A stretch of 64,000 nucleotides of DNA, taken from NCBI GenBank assembly GCA_963794945.1, contig CAWCFT010000001.1, forward strand, positions 128,001 to 192,000. The letters are read 5' to 3'. The stretch is from Endomicrobiales bacterium. GTDB lineage: Bacteria > Elusimicrobiota > Endomicrobiia > Endomicrobiales > CAWCFT01. Shown in pieces: positions 18,522 through 28,206 of the stretch. Made by a program: the position numbers and the translations under genes. Every line of letters begins with the position of its first letter. Position 1 is the stretch's first letter. Below the pieces are notes generated by a model that was not told the DNA's origin, searched no databases, and saw only the letters and a list, made by a program, of their open reading frames with translations.

Positions 18522-18855
18522 ACTTCTCAAGTTTAAGAATGTTGTAAAGGCCGTCACGCAGTTGTTCTTTGTCTACGGCGGTGCCGAACCTTATGCCGGC
18601 AACGTAGTAGCCGTTCCTGGAGGACACGTGCATTACCTTTCCCAGGGCGTGCTCAAACACGTGGTCGGTTCCCAGCGTGAAGCTCAAGTGGATCAATTCA
18701 TTGTCCCTTACCGGAAAGCGCGTTTCTATCTGCAGGCCGCCCAGGCTTACGTCGTAAATAACTCCCCATCCCTCGAAATTTTCCCTCTCGTAGAAGCGCA
18801 TAAGCACTGGGATGGAAGCGCTGAACCGGATATTGCTGCGGTATTCTTTTGTCAT
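18520..18855 (-). CDS. PilZ domain protein
   Basis: RSNIR (RxxxR), DVSLGG (DxSxxG). Confidence 0.9.
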   Translation of the reverse strand: MTKEYRSNIRFSASIPVLMRFYERENFEGWGVIYDVSLGGLQIETRFPVRDNELIHLSFTLGTDHVFEHALGKVMHVSSRNGYYVAGIRFGTAVDKEQLRDGLYNILKLEK

Positions 18856-19244
18856 TTATCGAGCTCACCGGAAATTTTCGGGAACAACGCGTCTTTGCCC
18901 GTGAATTCATCGTCGGACTTAAGCAGAAGGAACAGGCCGCCGCGCAGGCGCTCGCGTTCTATATCGCCTTCCGCGAAGGTTATGCCTACCACGAAATACC
19001 CGCCCCGAGATGACACGTGCACCACTTTACCCCGCACGTCCTCGAACTCGAACCCCTCGCCCAGCTTGAAGCTGAGCAAAACTTCGTCGTTTACCGAGAT
19101 GCGGCTTATTGTCTCAACCTTAAAGCCGCCCAGGCTCAGGTCGAACATCACGCCCCATATCTCAAAATCAATCGTGCCCTTGAACTTGAGCAGGACCGGT
19201 ATGGAACAGCTGATACGGGTATTCTTTCTGTGTTCTTTAGTCAT
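18852..19244 (-). CDS. PilZ domain protein
   Basis: RKNTR, DLSLGG; paralog of neighbour. Confidence 0.9.
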   Translation of the reverse strand: MTKEHRKNTRISCSIPVLLKFKGTIDFEIWGVMFDLSLGGFKVETISRISVNDEVLLSFKLGEGFEFEDVRGKVVHVSSRGGYFVVGITFAEGDIERERLRGGLFLLLKSDDEFTGKDALFPKISGELDK

Positions 19245-20366
19245 TTGTTTTCCTCAGGTTCCCGATAGACGTCAGCACGACAAAAGACGGCTCGTCGTCG
19301 TAGAGCAGGAACATTTTACCGTCCGCGGCGGCTATAGCCGAAAGGGCTCCCAAGCGCGGCGCCGGTATAACGTAGCGCTGCATCAGCGCGAGGCCGCCGA
19401 ACCCGTTCATTTTGAAGGCGTATAGGGTATTGTTCTTTAGATCGGCTATATACATTGTTTCGCCGTCCCAGCACGGGCCGACCGGGTTTGTTACGTCGCT
19501 TTTGAACTTGTTTACAAGCGACACCGAGCGGTCAACTGAGTACTGGCAAACCTCTCCCGTCACGGACAGCACAGCCACAAAGTGTTGTCGGCGAAGCTCA
19601 TGCCCGGAAGGGTGTACTTTGGCAGTGGTATTTTTTTGAGGACGTCGAGGTTCTTGTTTTGCGCGTGCTGGCGGAGGATAAAGTCGTTGCCGGCGGTCCA
19701 GATGAAGTTGTCGCGGCTGGCGAGCGCCATAGGGCCGAAATCGGCGAAGTATGAAGAATTAACAAGGTTTATCTTATCCTTGAAAATAATGTACTGGTAA
19801 ACCGTCTGCGTGTACCAGCTGGCCACCCACACGTTCTTGCCCGATACCGCCATTGACGTCGCGTGCGCGTACGGCAGGCCGATGCGCACGCTGGCAGGGC
19901 GGCCAAACACCGATACCCCTCCCCACACGAGAACCGCAAGAATAGCCGCGGCCGCGAGGGCGACCCAATGCTTCGGCAATTTTTTTAGCCTGGTAAAGGC
20001 ATCCTCTTCAGGCGCCCCGTAGTACGACAGCATGGCGTGGTCTACAACCTTTTTAACTTCGGAATTGGAGAAGGAAGAGCAGATGCAGTCCGAAGCGCCC
20101 GCGCGCATGAACTCCACGGCCAGGCGGGCGTTGTGTTCCTCCAGGAAACAGAGTATGGGTTTTTTCGGGAACGTTGATTTGATCTTGCTGAACACATCGT
20201 CTTTTAAGGACGAATCAACTATGACCATATCGATCGGCTGGCGCAGGTAAGCGTTCAGGGAAGTGATGTTTTCAGCGACTATAACGTCGTGCTTTTCATG
20301 CCGCAGTATGTCCGAGAGGCGCTTAGCGTCTTCCGTTTTAGTCAATACCAGCAGAATGGTGCTCAT
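19237..20366 (-). CDS. Receiver-like domain + TM + beta-propeller-like protein, frameshift near 19570
   Basis: IDMVIVD...AGASD receiver pattern, one TM, repeated G..VW/FIW/TLW strands continuing in overlapping ORF. Confidence 0.65.
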
Positions 20367-20410
20367 GTGGTTCCCCTTCTTTTGAGATCGTTGAAAAACC
20401 CCAACGATCT

Positions 20411-20532
20411 CTGATTACACAGATTAATTAACACAAGATTACGCAGATTAAGGCAAGATACACAAATTAAGGCTCGTGATGTAGGTGTAATCAATGTAAT
20501 CGGTGTAATCTCAGTTAAAATCTGTGTAATCA
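20411..20532. repeat. Inverted cluster of GATTACAC(AGATT)/(AATCT)GTGTAATC short repeats
   Basis: Left arm GATTACACAGATT, GATTACGCAGATT; right arm GGTGTAATC, AATGTAATC, ATCTGTGTAATC. Confidence 0.75.
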
Positions 20533-20534
20533 AA

Positions 20535-21641
20535 CTACGGTTCGGGAATAACAAAATCTTCGCCGGCTTTCGGAATGCCGCGGTCGGTTTTACCGGCGTT
20601 AGCGTTGTATATTACCTGCCACTTGTTGGAATTATTGTAAAATTTTTCCGCTATATCGCGGAGCGTGTCGCCTTCCTTTGCCGTATAATGCTGGGGCCAG
20701 GTGACCGGCGGCTGGGGCCTGGGTTTGGCTTGTCTCTTCGCGGCGGCTTCAATAGCGAGGCCGTCTTCCTTGTCGGGGCCCGGTTTTGGGGGCGGCGCTA
20801 CGGCTTTCACAAGGCTGCGGTCCATGTACCTATCCGAAAATCTTTCACCGTTGAACCGGTAGTGCACCGCGAACCGGAAAGAAGCATATTCCTTTGAGCC
20901 CGTCGGCCAGGAGAAGGCCGTGTCGAAACCTATCGGCCACAGGTAGGAGCTCAAGCCCGCGTTGAGGCTCGGCTCCGCGGAACTCGAGGAACCCGCGTAC
21001 CCCATGCGGAAAACCATCAGGCCGTCAAAGAACTGTTTCTCCCATCCGGCCGACAAGTACATCATCGATGACGAATATGAAAGGTCGGCGTTAAACTGCT
21101 TCTTATAGACTAACCCGGCGGAAGCGGCAGTATTGGCCTGAGGGCTGTTTCCCGAGAACATGTTGCGAGCGGCAAAGCCGAGGCTTAAATTTTCCCGGAT
21201 ATCCGCCTGCACGCCCGCGTCCGAAAGGAACTGCGTCGAGCCGTTGGTATCGCTAGACAATAGTTTTACCGTAGCGCCGTAGCGGAACGGCCGTTTCTTG
21301 AAAATAGTTTTCCTGGCGAAGGAAAAACCGGTCTGCTGGATCTTCGCGCCGTCAATTTCCCTGTCGGAAAATTGTATGCCCCAGCCGGGCCGGACATAAA
21401 CCGCGCTCCCTTCGAACCCCGGGTCGCCGAGGCTGTAAAAGCTGTTGACGCCGGCCTCCGCTTCCTCGTATTTTATATCCGCGAGGCCCGCCGGGTTCTG
21501 GTAAACGTCGTCGATGTCACCGCTTACTGCCGTAAACGCCCGCCCCACACCCTGCGCCCGTGTGCCGGTGAAATCATCGCTGGCTGACGCGGCCGCGCAA
21601 AAGCAAGCGCAAAAGGCAATAAATAGAATTATTTGTTTCAT
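20535..21641 (-). CDS. PorV/FadL-like outer-membrane barrel with C-terminal LysM
   Basis: GTRAQGVGRAFTA...YQNPAGL; KEGDTLRDIAEKFY...WQVIYNAN; start MKQIILF. Confidence 0.75.
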   Translation of the reverse strand: MKQIILFIAFCACFCAAASASDDFTGTRAQGVGRAFTAVSGDIDDVYQNPAGLADIKYEEAEAGVNSFYSLGDPGFEGSAVYVRPGWGIQFSDREIDGAKIQQTGFSFARKTIFKKRPFRYGATVKLLSSDTNGSTQFLSDAGVQADIRENLSLGFAARNMFSGNSPQANTAASAGLVYKKQFNADLSYSSSMMYLSAGWEKQFFDGLMVFRMGYAGSSSSAEPSLNAGLSSYLWPIGFDTAFSWPTGSKEYASFRFAVHYRFNGERFSDRYMDRSLVKAVAPPPKPGPDKEDGLAIEAAAKRQAKPRPQPPVTWPQHYTAKEGDTLRDIAEKFYNNSNKWQVIYNANAGKTDRGIPKAGEDFVIPEP

Positions 21642-21663
21642 AGAAGTTGAGTTAAACCGTGTC

Positions 21664-21891
21664 GTCTTTGCGAATCCCGCAAGGCGGGATGAAGCAATCT
21701 CGCTTTCCGACTTTACAGCAAGATTGCCGCCCGCCACTAAGTCTTCGGCGGGCAGGCGTCGCGGAGTTTATCCGCCTGGCGGGACTCCCCGCAATGACAC
21801 CTATTCATATAAACGCTGTCATTTCGATCCCGCCGAGGCGGGAGAGAAATCTTAAGATTCCTCGTCCCGCCTTGCGGGACTCGGAATGACA
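21664..21891. repeat. Tandem pair of REP-like elements (two families)
   Basis: Same families as 501-565 and 690-806. Confidence 0.75.
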
Positions 21892-21930
21892 ATTTAATTA
21901 CTGCCTTAACACGGCACTGCCGGCCAGCTT

Positions 21931-22479
21931 TTATTGTTTTGATTCAAAAACTATGTTCAGTTCACCGAAAACCACGTTCGCTTCAATAACGAGCGCGTTT
22001 GCCTTGTTATTGAAACTTTCCGTGCGATAAGTATATTTTCCGAACGCTATTTCATTATTGTCGGGCATATGCGCACCAGCGAACACGGAATTCACATTTA
22101 TGATCACCGGCATTTTGGGGTCGATTTTAATTGTAGTTGAACCAAACACAGTGTCAACTTTCTTGCTGACACTCCCGTTCGCGAGCGATATACCGGTAAA
22201 ATCAATGATCCTCTTTCCGAAAACCACGTTGTTCTCATTCTCAGGGTTAATGGTTGCCGTGCTGCGCGGTTCACATACGTGATGCCTGCCGCAGAAAGAA
22301 CGGCCTATAAGTATCCTGCAGCCGAAATAAATCATCATCAGTGCGAAAAATATCCTGAATATTGGAATGTGTATGCCTAATAAAATATTCAGTATAACCG
22401 ACAGCCCCAACAAAATTAACAATACACCCCAGAACAGCCCGCTCATAAAAAAACATCCCATACGCATTCCCTCCTCCAT
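21931..22479 (-). CDS. LiaF-like membrane protein
   Basis: N-terminal TMs; repeated VVFG/TVFG/SVFA strands. Confidence 0.6.
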   Translation of the reverse strand: MEEGMRMGCFFMSGLFWGVLLILLGLSVILNILLGIHIPIFRIFFALMMIYFGCRILIGRSFCGRHHVCEPRSTATINPENENNVVFGKRIIDFTGISLANGSVSKKVDTVFGSTTIKIDPKMPVIINVNSVFAGAHMPDNNEIAFGKYTYRTESFNNKANALVIEANVVFGELNIVFESKQ

Positions 22480-22489
22480 TCAAGAGAGC

Positions 22490-22984
22490 TTATTTCGCGC
22501 TATTACCCGCCCGGCGGTTACGGAACCAGGGGAATATCTCGTTGACTTCACTCTTGTAGCTGAGGTATTCCCCGCCGAATTTTTGTTCAAGATAATCGTC
22601 CTCTTCCCTTATCAGCAGTTTAAAAAGCGCGTACATGAAAATTGGTATGAGCAGCCACAAAACGCGCCCCGAGATAACAACCAGCCCGGGTATGATAAAG
22701 AATATCCAAGCGGCGTAGAGTGGATTGCGTGAAAATGAATACATGCCGTCGGTAGCCAGTTTCCCTTCTCTGAACGCCTTGGACACCCGCTTCCCCGACA
22801 GCACCAGCATGACTATACCGGCAGCTGTGAGCAACGCTCCGGTGGCCGTCATTAAAGTACCGTTAAGCACCAGTGAATGTGCCCGCTGAAAAAAGCGCTC
22901 GCTTACCGCGCCAAACGCGGCGGCAAAAAGTATGGTCCTTAACACTAATTTTATTCCTATTCCAGCTAGAGTCATATTTTTCAC
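22490..22984 (-). CDS. Isoprenylcysteine carboxylmethyltransferase/PEMT family membrane protein
   Basis: LATDGMYSFSRNPLY, EEDDYLEQKFGGEY. Confidence 0.9.
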   Translation of the reverse strand: MKNMTLAGIGIKLVLRTILFAAAFGAVSERFFQRAHSLVLNGTLMTATGALLTAAGIVMLVLSGKRVSKAFREGKLATDGMYSFSRNPLYAAWIFFIIPGLVVISGRVLWLLIPIFMYALFKLLIREEDDYLEQKFGGEYLSYKSEVNEIFPWFRNRRAGNSAK

Positions 22985-23008
22985 TCGTTGGCCCGCTCAG
23001 CCGCGGCC

Positions 23009-23212
23009 TCAAATACCGATATTGTTGTTTATTGACCTTACCGCCTGCTCGTGTTCGGTTGTATTTTTTCGTGTGTTTTTGGCTATCTCTTCAAGAAGAA
23101 GCAGGGCTTTGTTTATCTTCCAGTACCAGCATATAACTTCCCGGCAAACCAAAAAGAAAATTATCAAAAACAACAAAACGACTATGGCCGGCCCGAATAT
23201 TGAAGTGATCAT
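23009..23212 (-). CDS. Small single-pass membrane protein
   Basis: GGAGG RBS; REVICWYWKIN after TM. Confidence 0.7.
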   Translation of the reverse strand: MITSIFGPAIVVLLFLIIFFLVCREVICWYWKINKALLLLEEIAKNTRKNTTEHEQAVRSINNNIGI

Positions 23213-23315
23213 TAATGCCTCCGTTTAGAGCGCCAGCTACGCATTTTGAGGCCGCAATTTTGCGACCTCAAACTTAAAAACTCGGTTTCTATCAATTATC
23301 TCGCACCCCGCAAAT

Positions 23316-23474
23316 AAAAAACCACGCTGCGTGTGCAGAGTGGTACTGTTAGTGCTAATGCGCGTTCAAAATGATCGGAATACAACAGGATCTTTCCACG
23401 TCCCCAATTCTCCCGCCATCCGTTTTTAAATTAACAACTATTTTAAATATATCTCCCTGGAACTTAAACGTTAA
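23316..23474 (-). ncRNA. Candidate small-RNA unit B
   Basis: TTAACG-17-TATATT, spacer AAGTTCCAGGGAGA; homologous throughout to 30416-30572. Confidence 0.65.
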
Positions 23475-23800
23475 TATCGCGGGCTTTTCCAATATTCTCT
23501 TTGTCATGAGGCTACCGGGGGTATTTGCGGGGTTTTGACCTTCTGTCGTTTGGCCCGTCAGGGTACCTTACGGAATCAAAACTCCCAACCACCGTTCCAT
23601 GTGTCCCTTCAACATGCAAAGAGATGTGTTTCGGCGGAGTAATAGTTTTAAACTTGGACACATCGTCCAACAACGCAAGGTAAGTTACATGCACCAATTT
23701 AAGCATTGCGTACCCTCAGCAAAGAACAACCTTCAAACCAACAGCCATCAATATTAGTTCAATTCCCAGTCCAGTTTTGAAGTTTAGCTTTATGGCTTAA

Positions 23801-23829
23801 AATATAACTCTTTTGAACTGATTAGTCAA
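23801..23829 (-). promoter_or_regulatory. Sigma70 promoter with the family spacer (unit E)
   Basis: TTGACT-17-TATATT, spacer CAGTTCAAAAGAGT. Confidence 0.65.
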
Positions 23830-23856
23830 ATTATTCAACAATTTCAACAACATTTC

Positions 23857-24070
23857 TTATAAGCGGCAACTTATAAGCGGTAAGTGGTAAGTGATAGGTG
23901 GTAAGTAAAAACCTTACCTTTGTCTTACTTATTGACTTTTCTTATAACTTGTGTGTACGCCTCTTTAGCTATAAGCGGCAAGCTTTAAGTTGTAAGTGGT
24001 AAGTAAAAACCTATTTAGTGTCTTAGTTTTAAGACTTTTCTAATAACTTACAACTTGTGGCTTATAACTT
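23857..24070. repeat. Heptamer repeats (TAAGYGG and inverse CTTAYAA) in two ~100-bp blocks
   Basis: TAAGCGG TAAGTGG TAAGTGA TAGGTGG TAAGT; block repeated at ~23970. Confidence 0.75.
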
Positions 24071-24170
24071 GTTCATCATTCGCCGATTATTTCCCCCTGC
24101 GCATGCTCCTTCACAAAGGCTTTGGAGAATGAGCCTGCTTCGGTGGATTTCGCAGTAATGAGGGCTCAAT

Positions 24171-24590
24171 TTATTCACCGATTAATTTAATCAACACACG
24201 TTTCGGCCTTTTGCCGTCGAATTCACCGTAGAATATTTGTTCCCAGGGGCCGAAGTCCAGGCTGCCGCCCGTTACCGCCACCACCACCTCGCGGCCCATT
24301 ACCTGGCGTTTGAGGTGCGCGTCGCCGTTGTCTTCACCGCTTCTGTTGTGGCGGTAATGGCTGACCGGTTCGTGCGGGGCAAGCTGTTCCAGCCAATCCT
24401 TGTAATCCTGGTGGAGGCCGGTCTCGTTATCATTGATGAACACGCTCGCCGTTATGTGCATCGCGTTTACAAGGCAGAGTCCCTCTTTAATTTTGCTTTC
24501 TTTGAGGGCTACCTCCACATCATTTGTAATATTGACAAAACCCACCCTGTTGGGAATATTAAATGTCAGTTCTTTTTTGTAAGATCTCAT
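24171..24590 (-). CDS. yjbQ: YjbQ/UPF0047 family protein
   Basis: [33 protein letters not shown]. Confidence 0.93.
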   Translation of the reverse strand: MRSYKKELTFNIPNRVGFVNITNDVEVALKESKIKEGLCLVNAMHITASVFINDNETGLHQDYKDWLEQLAPHEPVSHYRHNRSGEDNGDAHLKRQVMGREVVVAVTGGSLDFGPWEQIFYGEFDGKRPKRVLIKLIGE

Positions 24591-24642
24591 TGGCTTCTCC
24601 TGGCCGGCGTTTTTCTCATCGGGTTTTAACAAACTTTATTTT

Positions 24643-25110
24643 CTAGATCTCTTTTTCTACAACGCGAAGCATGCTTTCGTCGGCTTTGGCGTCGGCAAGC
24701 GGGAAAAGATATTTATCTTCGTATTCCGCGTGTTTTATCAGAGTGTATATAGTCTCGTTGACCAGCGACATGAATTGTTCTCTCAGCTTGTTATCGCCTT
24801 TGGATATCTCGCCCGCCATCGCCTTTATCTTTTCGAAGCTCGCGGTAAGGACTTTATGCTCTTCCAATATGCTGTCGAGGCAGGCGCGCTCGTCTTTTGT
24901 AAGGGCCCTGCTTTTCAACAACTCATTTATGACAGTCTCTTCATAAGCGAAATGGAGCGGTATGTGTTTATAGAAGAAATCCAGCGTGTCGGCTGTATCT
25001 TCGCAAAAATTGGCCCTGTCATACTTGAGTATAAAATCCTGCATGAACACCGTTTTTTCCACCCCTTCGGTGTGGGTGTCGTAAATAAGGTCCAGTATCT
25101 TATTATTCAT
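24643..25110 (-). CDS. Hemerythrin-like (HHE) protein, paralog 1
   Basis: HFAYEE, EEH, HAEYED..LFP. Confidence 0.8.
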   Translation of the reverse strand: MNNKILDLIYDTHTEGVEKTVFMQDFILKYDRANFCEDTADTLDFFYKHIPLHFAYEETVINELLKSRALTKDERACLDSILEEHKVLTASFEKIKAMAGEISKGDNKLREQFMSLVNETIYTLIKHAEYEDKYLFPLADAKADESMLRVVEKEI

Positions 25111-25144
25111 GTTTCCTCCAAGACAGCCTGGCCCGATCATTAAT

Positions 25145-25588
25145 CTATTTCCCCAAATAATACTTTATCTTTATAGTTATTGTTTTTGTCCCGGTGTTAA
25201 CATCAAAGCTGGAAGCCTTATAAGACGGCGGGCCTATGATAGTTGAAGCGTTGTTCGACGTGCCAACGCCTTTTTTTGGTATGCCCAGCCAGTTAGTTTC
25301 CATTTTCCCGGTCCAATTGTCGTCGTGCAGGACGCTTACCGCGTATGAGCCCGGGGGCAGGCCTGTAAATTCAGCCTTGCTGGCGCCGTTGGTTATGGAG
25401 CTGGTAATTATCTGGTAAGTTTTTTTGTAGTCCTTGGGGAAACCGTCTTTGCCGCGGAACAGCAGAACCTGGGCGACACCGTCATCGTTCCGGAACCCGG
25501 CCATTTTAACGGTAAGCGCGCCCGGGCTGTCCGCGGCTGCCGCACGCGCGGCCCAAAGAATAAGGAAAAGACAAAATAATTTTTTCAT
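25145..25588 (-). CDS. DUF2141 family protein
   Basis: GSYAVSVLHDDN..GKM..NWLGIP..G.G.SNN. Confidence 0.9.
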   Translation of the reverse strand: MKKLFCLFLILWAARAAAADSPGALTVKMAGFRNDDGVAQVLLFRGKDGFPKDYKKTYQIITSSITNGASKAEFTGLPPGSYAVSVLHDDNWTGKMETNWLGIPKKGVGTSNNASTIIGPPSYKASSFDVNTGTKTITIKIKYYLGK

Positions 25589-25598
25589 GGTATTTAGC

Positions 25599-25736
25599 TC
25601 ATTTTGCCGTCTTGACAACGGCCTCCTCTTCAGGATGCCCGCGCGTCGCTCTTTTAATTTCCGAAAACAGGCTTAAGAGATACATGGTCGCCGCGGCGGA
25701 GATCAAAAATATTAATATCGTTGTCCGCTTTTTCAT
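25599..25736 (-). CDS. 45-aa membrane peptide (missed by ORF track)
   Basis: MKKRTTILIFLISAAATMYLLSLF...; fills intergenic gap closely. Confidence 0.5.
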   Translation of the reverse strand: MKKRTTILIFLISAAATMYLLSLFSEIKRATRGHPEEEAVVKTAK

Positions 25737-25741
25737 AACGC

Positions 25742-26558
25742 TTATTCCCCGTGAACTACCACGTCCTGTATCCTTAAGCCGTACTTTGCCTCAAGCTCCC
25801 GTGCCTGCTTCCTGATCTTGTCATGCCAGCTACGCTGGTTGGCCCGGGCCCATTCGAACTCGGCAAGTCTGTCCGGAAAATGCGTTCTGTAAACCGGCAG
25901 CATCTTGTCTATAGCAGAACCCCGCATGTTGAAGAGCTCCACCCAGAACAAAACCGGCGCCGGCCTCTTTTAGCGAGGAGAAAACATCGTCTAAATTACC
26001 CAGGCCCGGCAGGACGGGCGAAATGAAGCCGAAGGTCCTTATCCCTTTTTCACGGGCTTGTTTTAACGTCCCGAGGCGCTCGTCGGGAGAAGACGCGCGG
26101 GGCTCGAGTATCCGGGCGGTTTCCGCGTCTAGCTGGCTGATGCTCATCCCGAGCTCGATATCCAGCTCTTTCAGGAGGTCAAAATCCCTTTCGACGAGCG
26201 ACGACTTGGTAAGTATATCTATAGCGAACTTATCCCGGAACCCGGAAGCCGCAAAAACTTCCAATATCTTTCTCGTCAGGCGGAACTTGGCTTCCTCCGG
26301 CATGTAACAATCGCAAACGCTGGAGATGAATATTGACCCGGGCTTATGCTTTTCTATCTCGCCGCGCAAAAGCTCGGGGCAATTCGCCTTGGCGAAAACG
26401 AATTCGCCCCACTTGTCGGGTATATTCTGGAACTTCTTGATAAAGTCAGCGTAGCAGTACTTGCACGCGTGCGAGCACCCGGTGTACGGATTAATAACGT
26501 AATCCGAAAGCTTCGACCTGGTCATGCAGGTTTTTGACTGTATTTCCCTTATATTCAT
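25742..26558 (-). CDS. Radical SAM protein (SplB/Rv2578c-like), frameshift near 25946
   Basis: NPYTGCSHACKYCYA, ILTKS. Confidence 0.88.
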
Positions 26559-26576
26559 TGTATAAAAGTTTGAACA

Positions 26577-27059
26577 CTAATACACAATCCTGGATATGGC
26601 TTTTTTTACGGCGCCCAATACTTTATCGTCGGCTTTCGCGTCGGCCAGCGGGTACAGATATTTGTCCTCGAAATCTGCGTGCGCTATCAAAGCGTGGATC
26701 GCCTCGTTGACCAGTGCCATGAATTCTTCCCTCTGGCCTTTTCCGGCCTTGGCGGATTTTTCCGCCGTTTCTTTGATGTTCTCAAAATCCGCTAACAGCA
26801 TTTTATGCTCACTAAGTATCTTGTTCAGGCACAAGGCTTCATCTTTGGTAAGGGCCTTGCTTTTCAACAACTCATTTATCACCGTCTCTTCGTAAGCGAA
26901 ATGTAGCGGTATATGTTTGTAGAAGAAATCCAGCATGCTGAATATATCTTCGTTGAAACCGCCCTTTTCCTTCTTTAGGATAAAATCCTTTAAGAATACC
27001 GTCTTTTCCTTACCTTCGGTATGCTTGTGATAAATAATGTCCAGCACTTTTTCTTTCAC
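26577..27059 (-). CDS. Hemerythrin-like protein, paralog 2
   Basis: HFAYEE, SEH, HADFED..LYP. Confidence 0.8.
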   Translation of the reverse strand: MKEKVLDIIYHKHTEGKEKTVFLKDFILKKEKGGFNEDIFSMLDFFYKHIPLHFAYEETVINELLKSKALTKDEALCLNKILSEHKMLLADFENIKETAEKSAKAGKGQREEFMALVNEAIHALIAHADFEDKYLYPLADAKADDKVLGAVKKAISRIVY

Positions 27060-27108
27060 AGGCGCCTCCGTTGCGCGCGCAACCGCCGCGGCTTGTATCG
27101 CAATGTTT

Positions 27109-28188
27109 TTACTTGACTGTTTCTACCGACCAGTTTTCCTTATAACTCTGGCCCGAGTCGCTGCCTCCGTTCACGGTTATCCAGTAAAGCCAGCCCTGGC
27201 TTCCCCAGAATTCCGACTGGCCCCAATAGATCGTGTCAACCACGATATCCGTGTCCGTATGGAAAGTGATAAAATCGCCGTAGTCACGGCCGAAGAATTT
27301 ATCCCCGTTCTTAAACCCGCTGGTGAGGTCGACGGGGACCCAGCCGATACCTTTTGCCCAGAACTCCGCTTTTACATGGGTCTGCGGGCCTGACACGGCC
27401 CACCTGCCAACCAGCGCCCGCGCCGGGATCCCGTTGGCTCGCAGTACGGCGGTAAAAAGCAGGGCAAACCCGCCGCAATCTCCCGTTAAAGTCCTGCAAA
27501 TTATCGAAGGCTGGCTGTGCGAGTGCACAAAGCTTTCGGTGGAATATGTCCCTTTTTCGGTGATGTACCTGTAAACATTGTAAGCGAAAACAATATCCTT
27601 ATCCGAACCGTTCTTTACCATCCCGGGAGTTTCTTTGAGCCATGACTTAAACTCATCGCTGTCCCAATCAACTGTTTTAGACGCCCGAAGATAGAGGTTC
27701 CTTGAAGCCTCGTCCAGTTCTTCCACTGGCTGGTCATATTTGCCGGGGACAAGTTCCCTCGCGTAGAGGTCGAGCTGGTATTCAACCGCGAAATCGATAT
27801 TGTGGCAGGTCTGGGGGTCGGTCTTCACGCGTTCCAGGAACATCTCCCTTTTTGCGGGGCTCAACTCGTTGACTATAGACGCGCCGTCCGCGCTACCGCC
27901 GAGGAACGCCTGATAGTTAACAAGTGACTGTGTTTCGTGCGAGGGCGGTTTGGGCGTCAGCAATATCCATTCAGTTACGTTCATTGACGGCTTGCTTATG
28001 TTTACCGACAATCTTGCCTTTACCCTTTTGACTTTACGGGTCTTGATGATGTAATCCAGCGAGGGGTCGAATTTCCAGGGCGCTGGTTCTGAAGCGCGAG
28101 CACGTTTATTTACAATGTAATGGTTTAGAATAGATACCGCGCAGACGGCAGTTAATATAAATACTAAAACCGTTATCAGTTTCTTCAT
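27109..28188 (-). CDS. Transglutaminase-like protein
   Basis: GDCGGFA..F...LRANGIPAR, HVKAEF, GWVPVD. Confidence 0.9.
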   Translation of the reverse strand: MKKLITVLVFILTAVCAVSILNHYIVNKRARASEPAPWKFDPSLDYIIKTRKVKRVKARLSVNISKPSMNVTEWILLTPKPPSHETQSLVNYQAFLGGSADGASIVNELSPAKREMFLERVKTDPQTCHNIDFAVEYQLDLYARELVPGKYDQPVEELDEASRNLYLRASKTVDWDSDEFKSWLKETPGMVKNGSDKDIVFAYNVYRYITEKGTYSTESFVHSHSQPSIICRTLTGDCGGFALLFTAVLRANGIPARALVGRWAVSGPQTHVKAEFWAKGIGWVPVDLTSGFKNGDKFFGRDYGDFITFHTDTDIVVDTIYWGQSEFWGSQGWLYWITVNGGSDSGQSYKENWSVETVK

Positions 28189-28206
28189 GGGTTAAGTAAC
28201 TCTTTC

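Noticed and set aside
23245..23272. Palindrome TTTGAGGCCGCAA-TT-TTGCGACCTCAAA
   Set aside because: Single copy; cannot tell operator from terminator or remnant.
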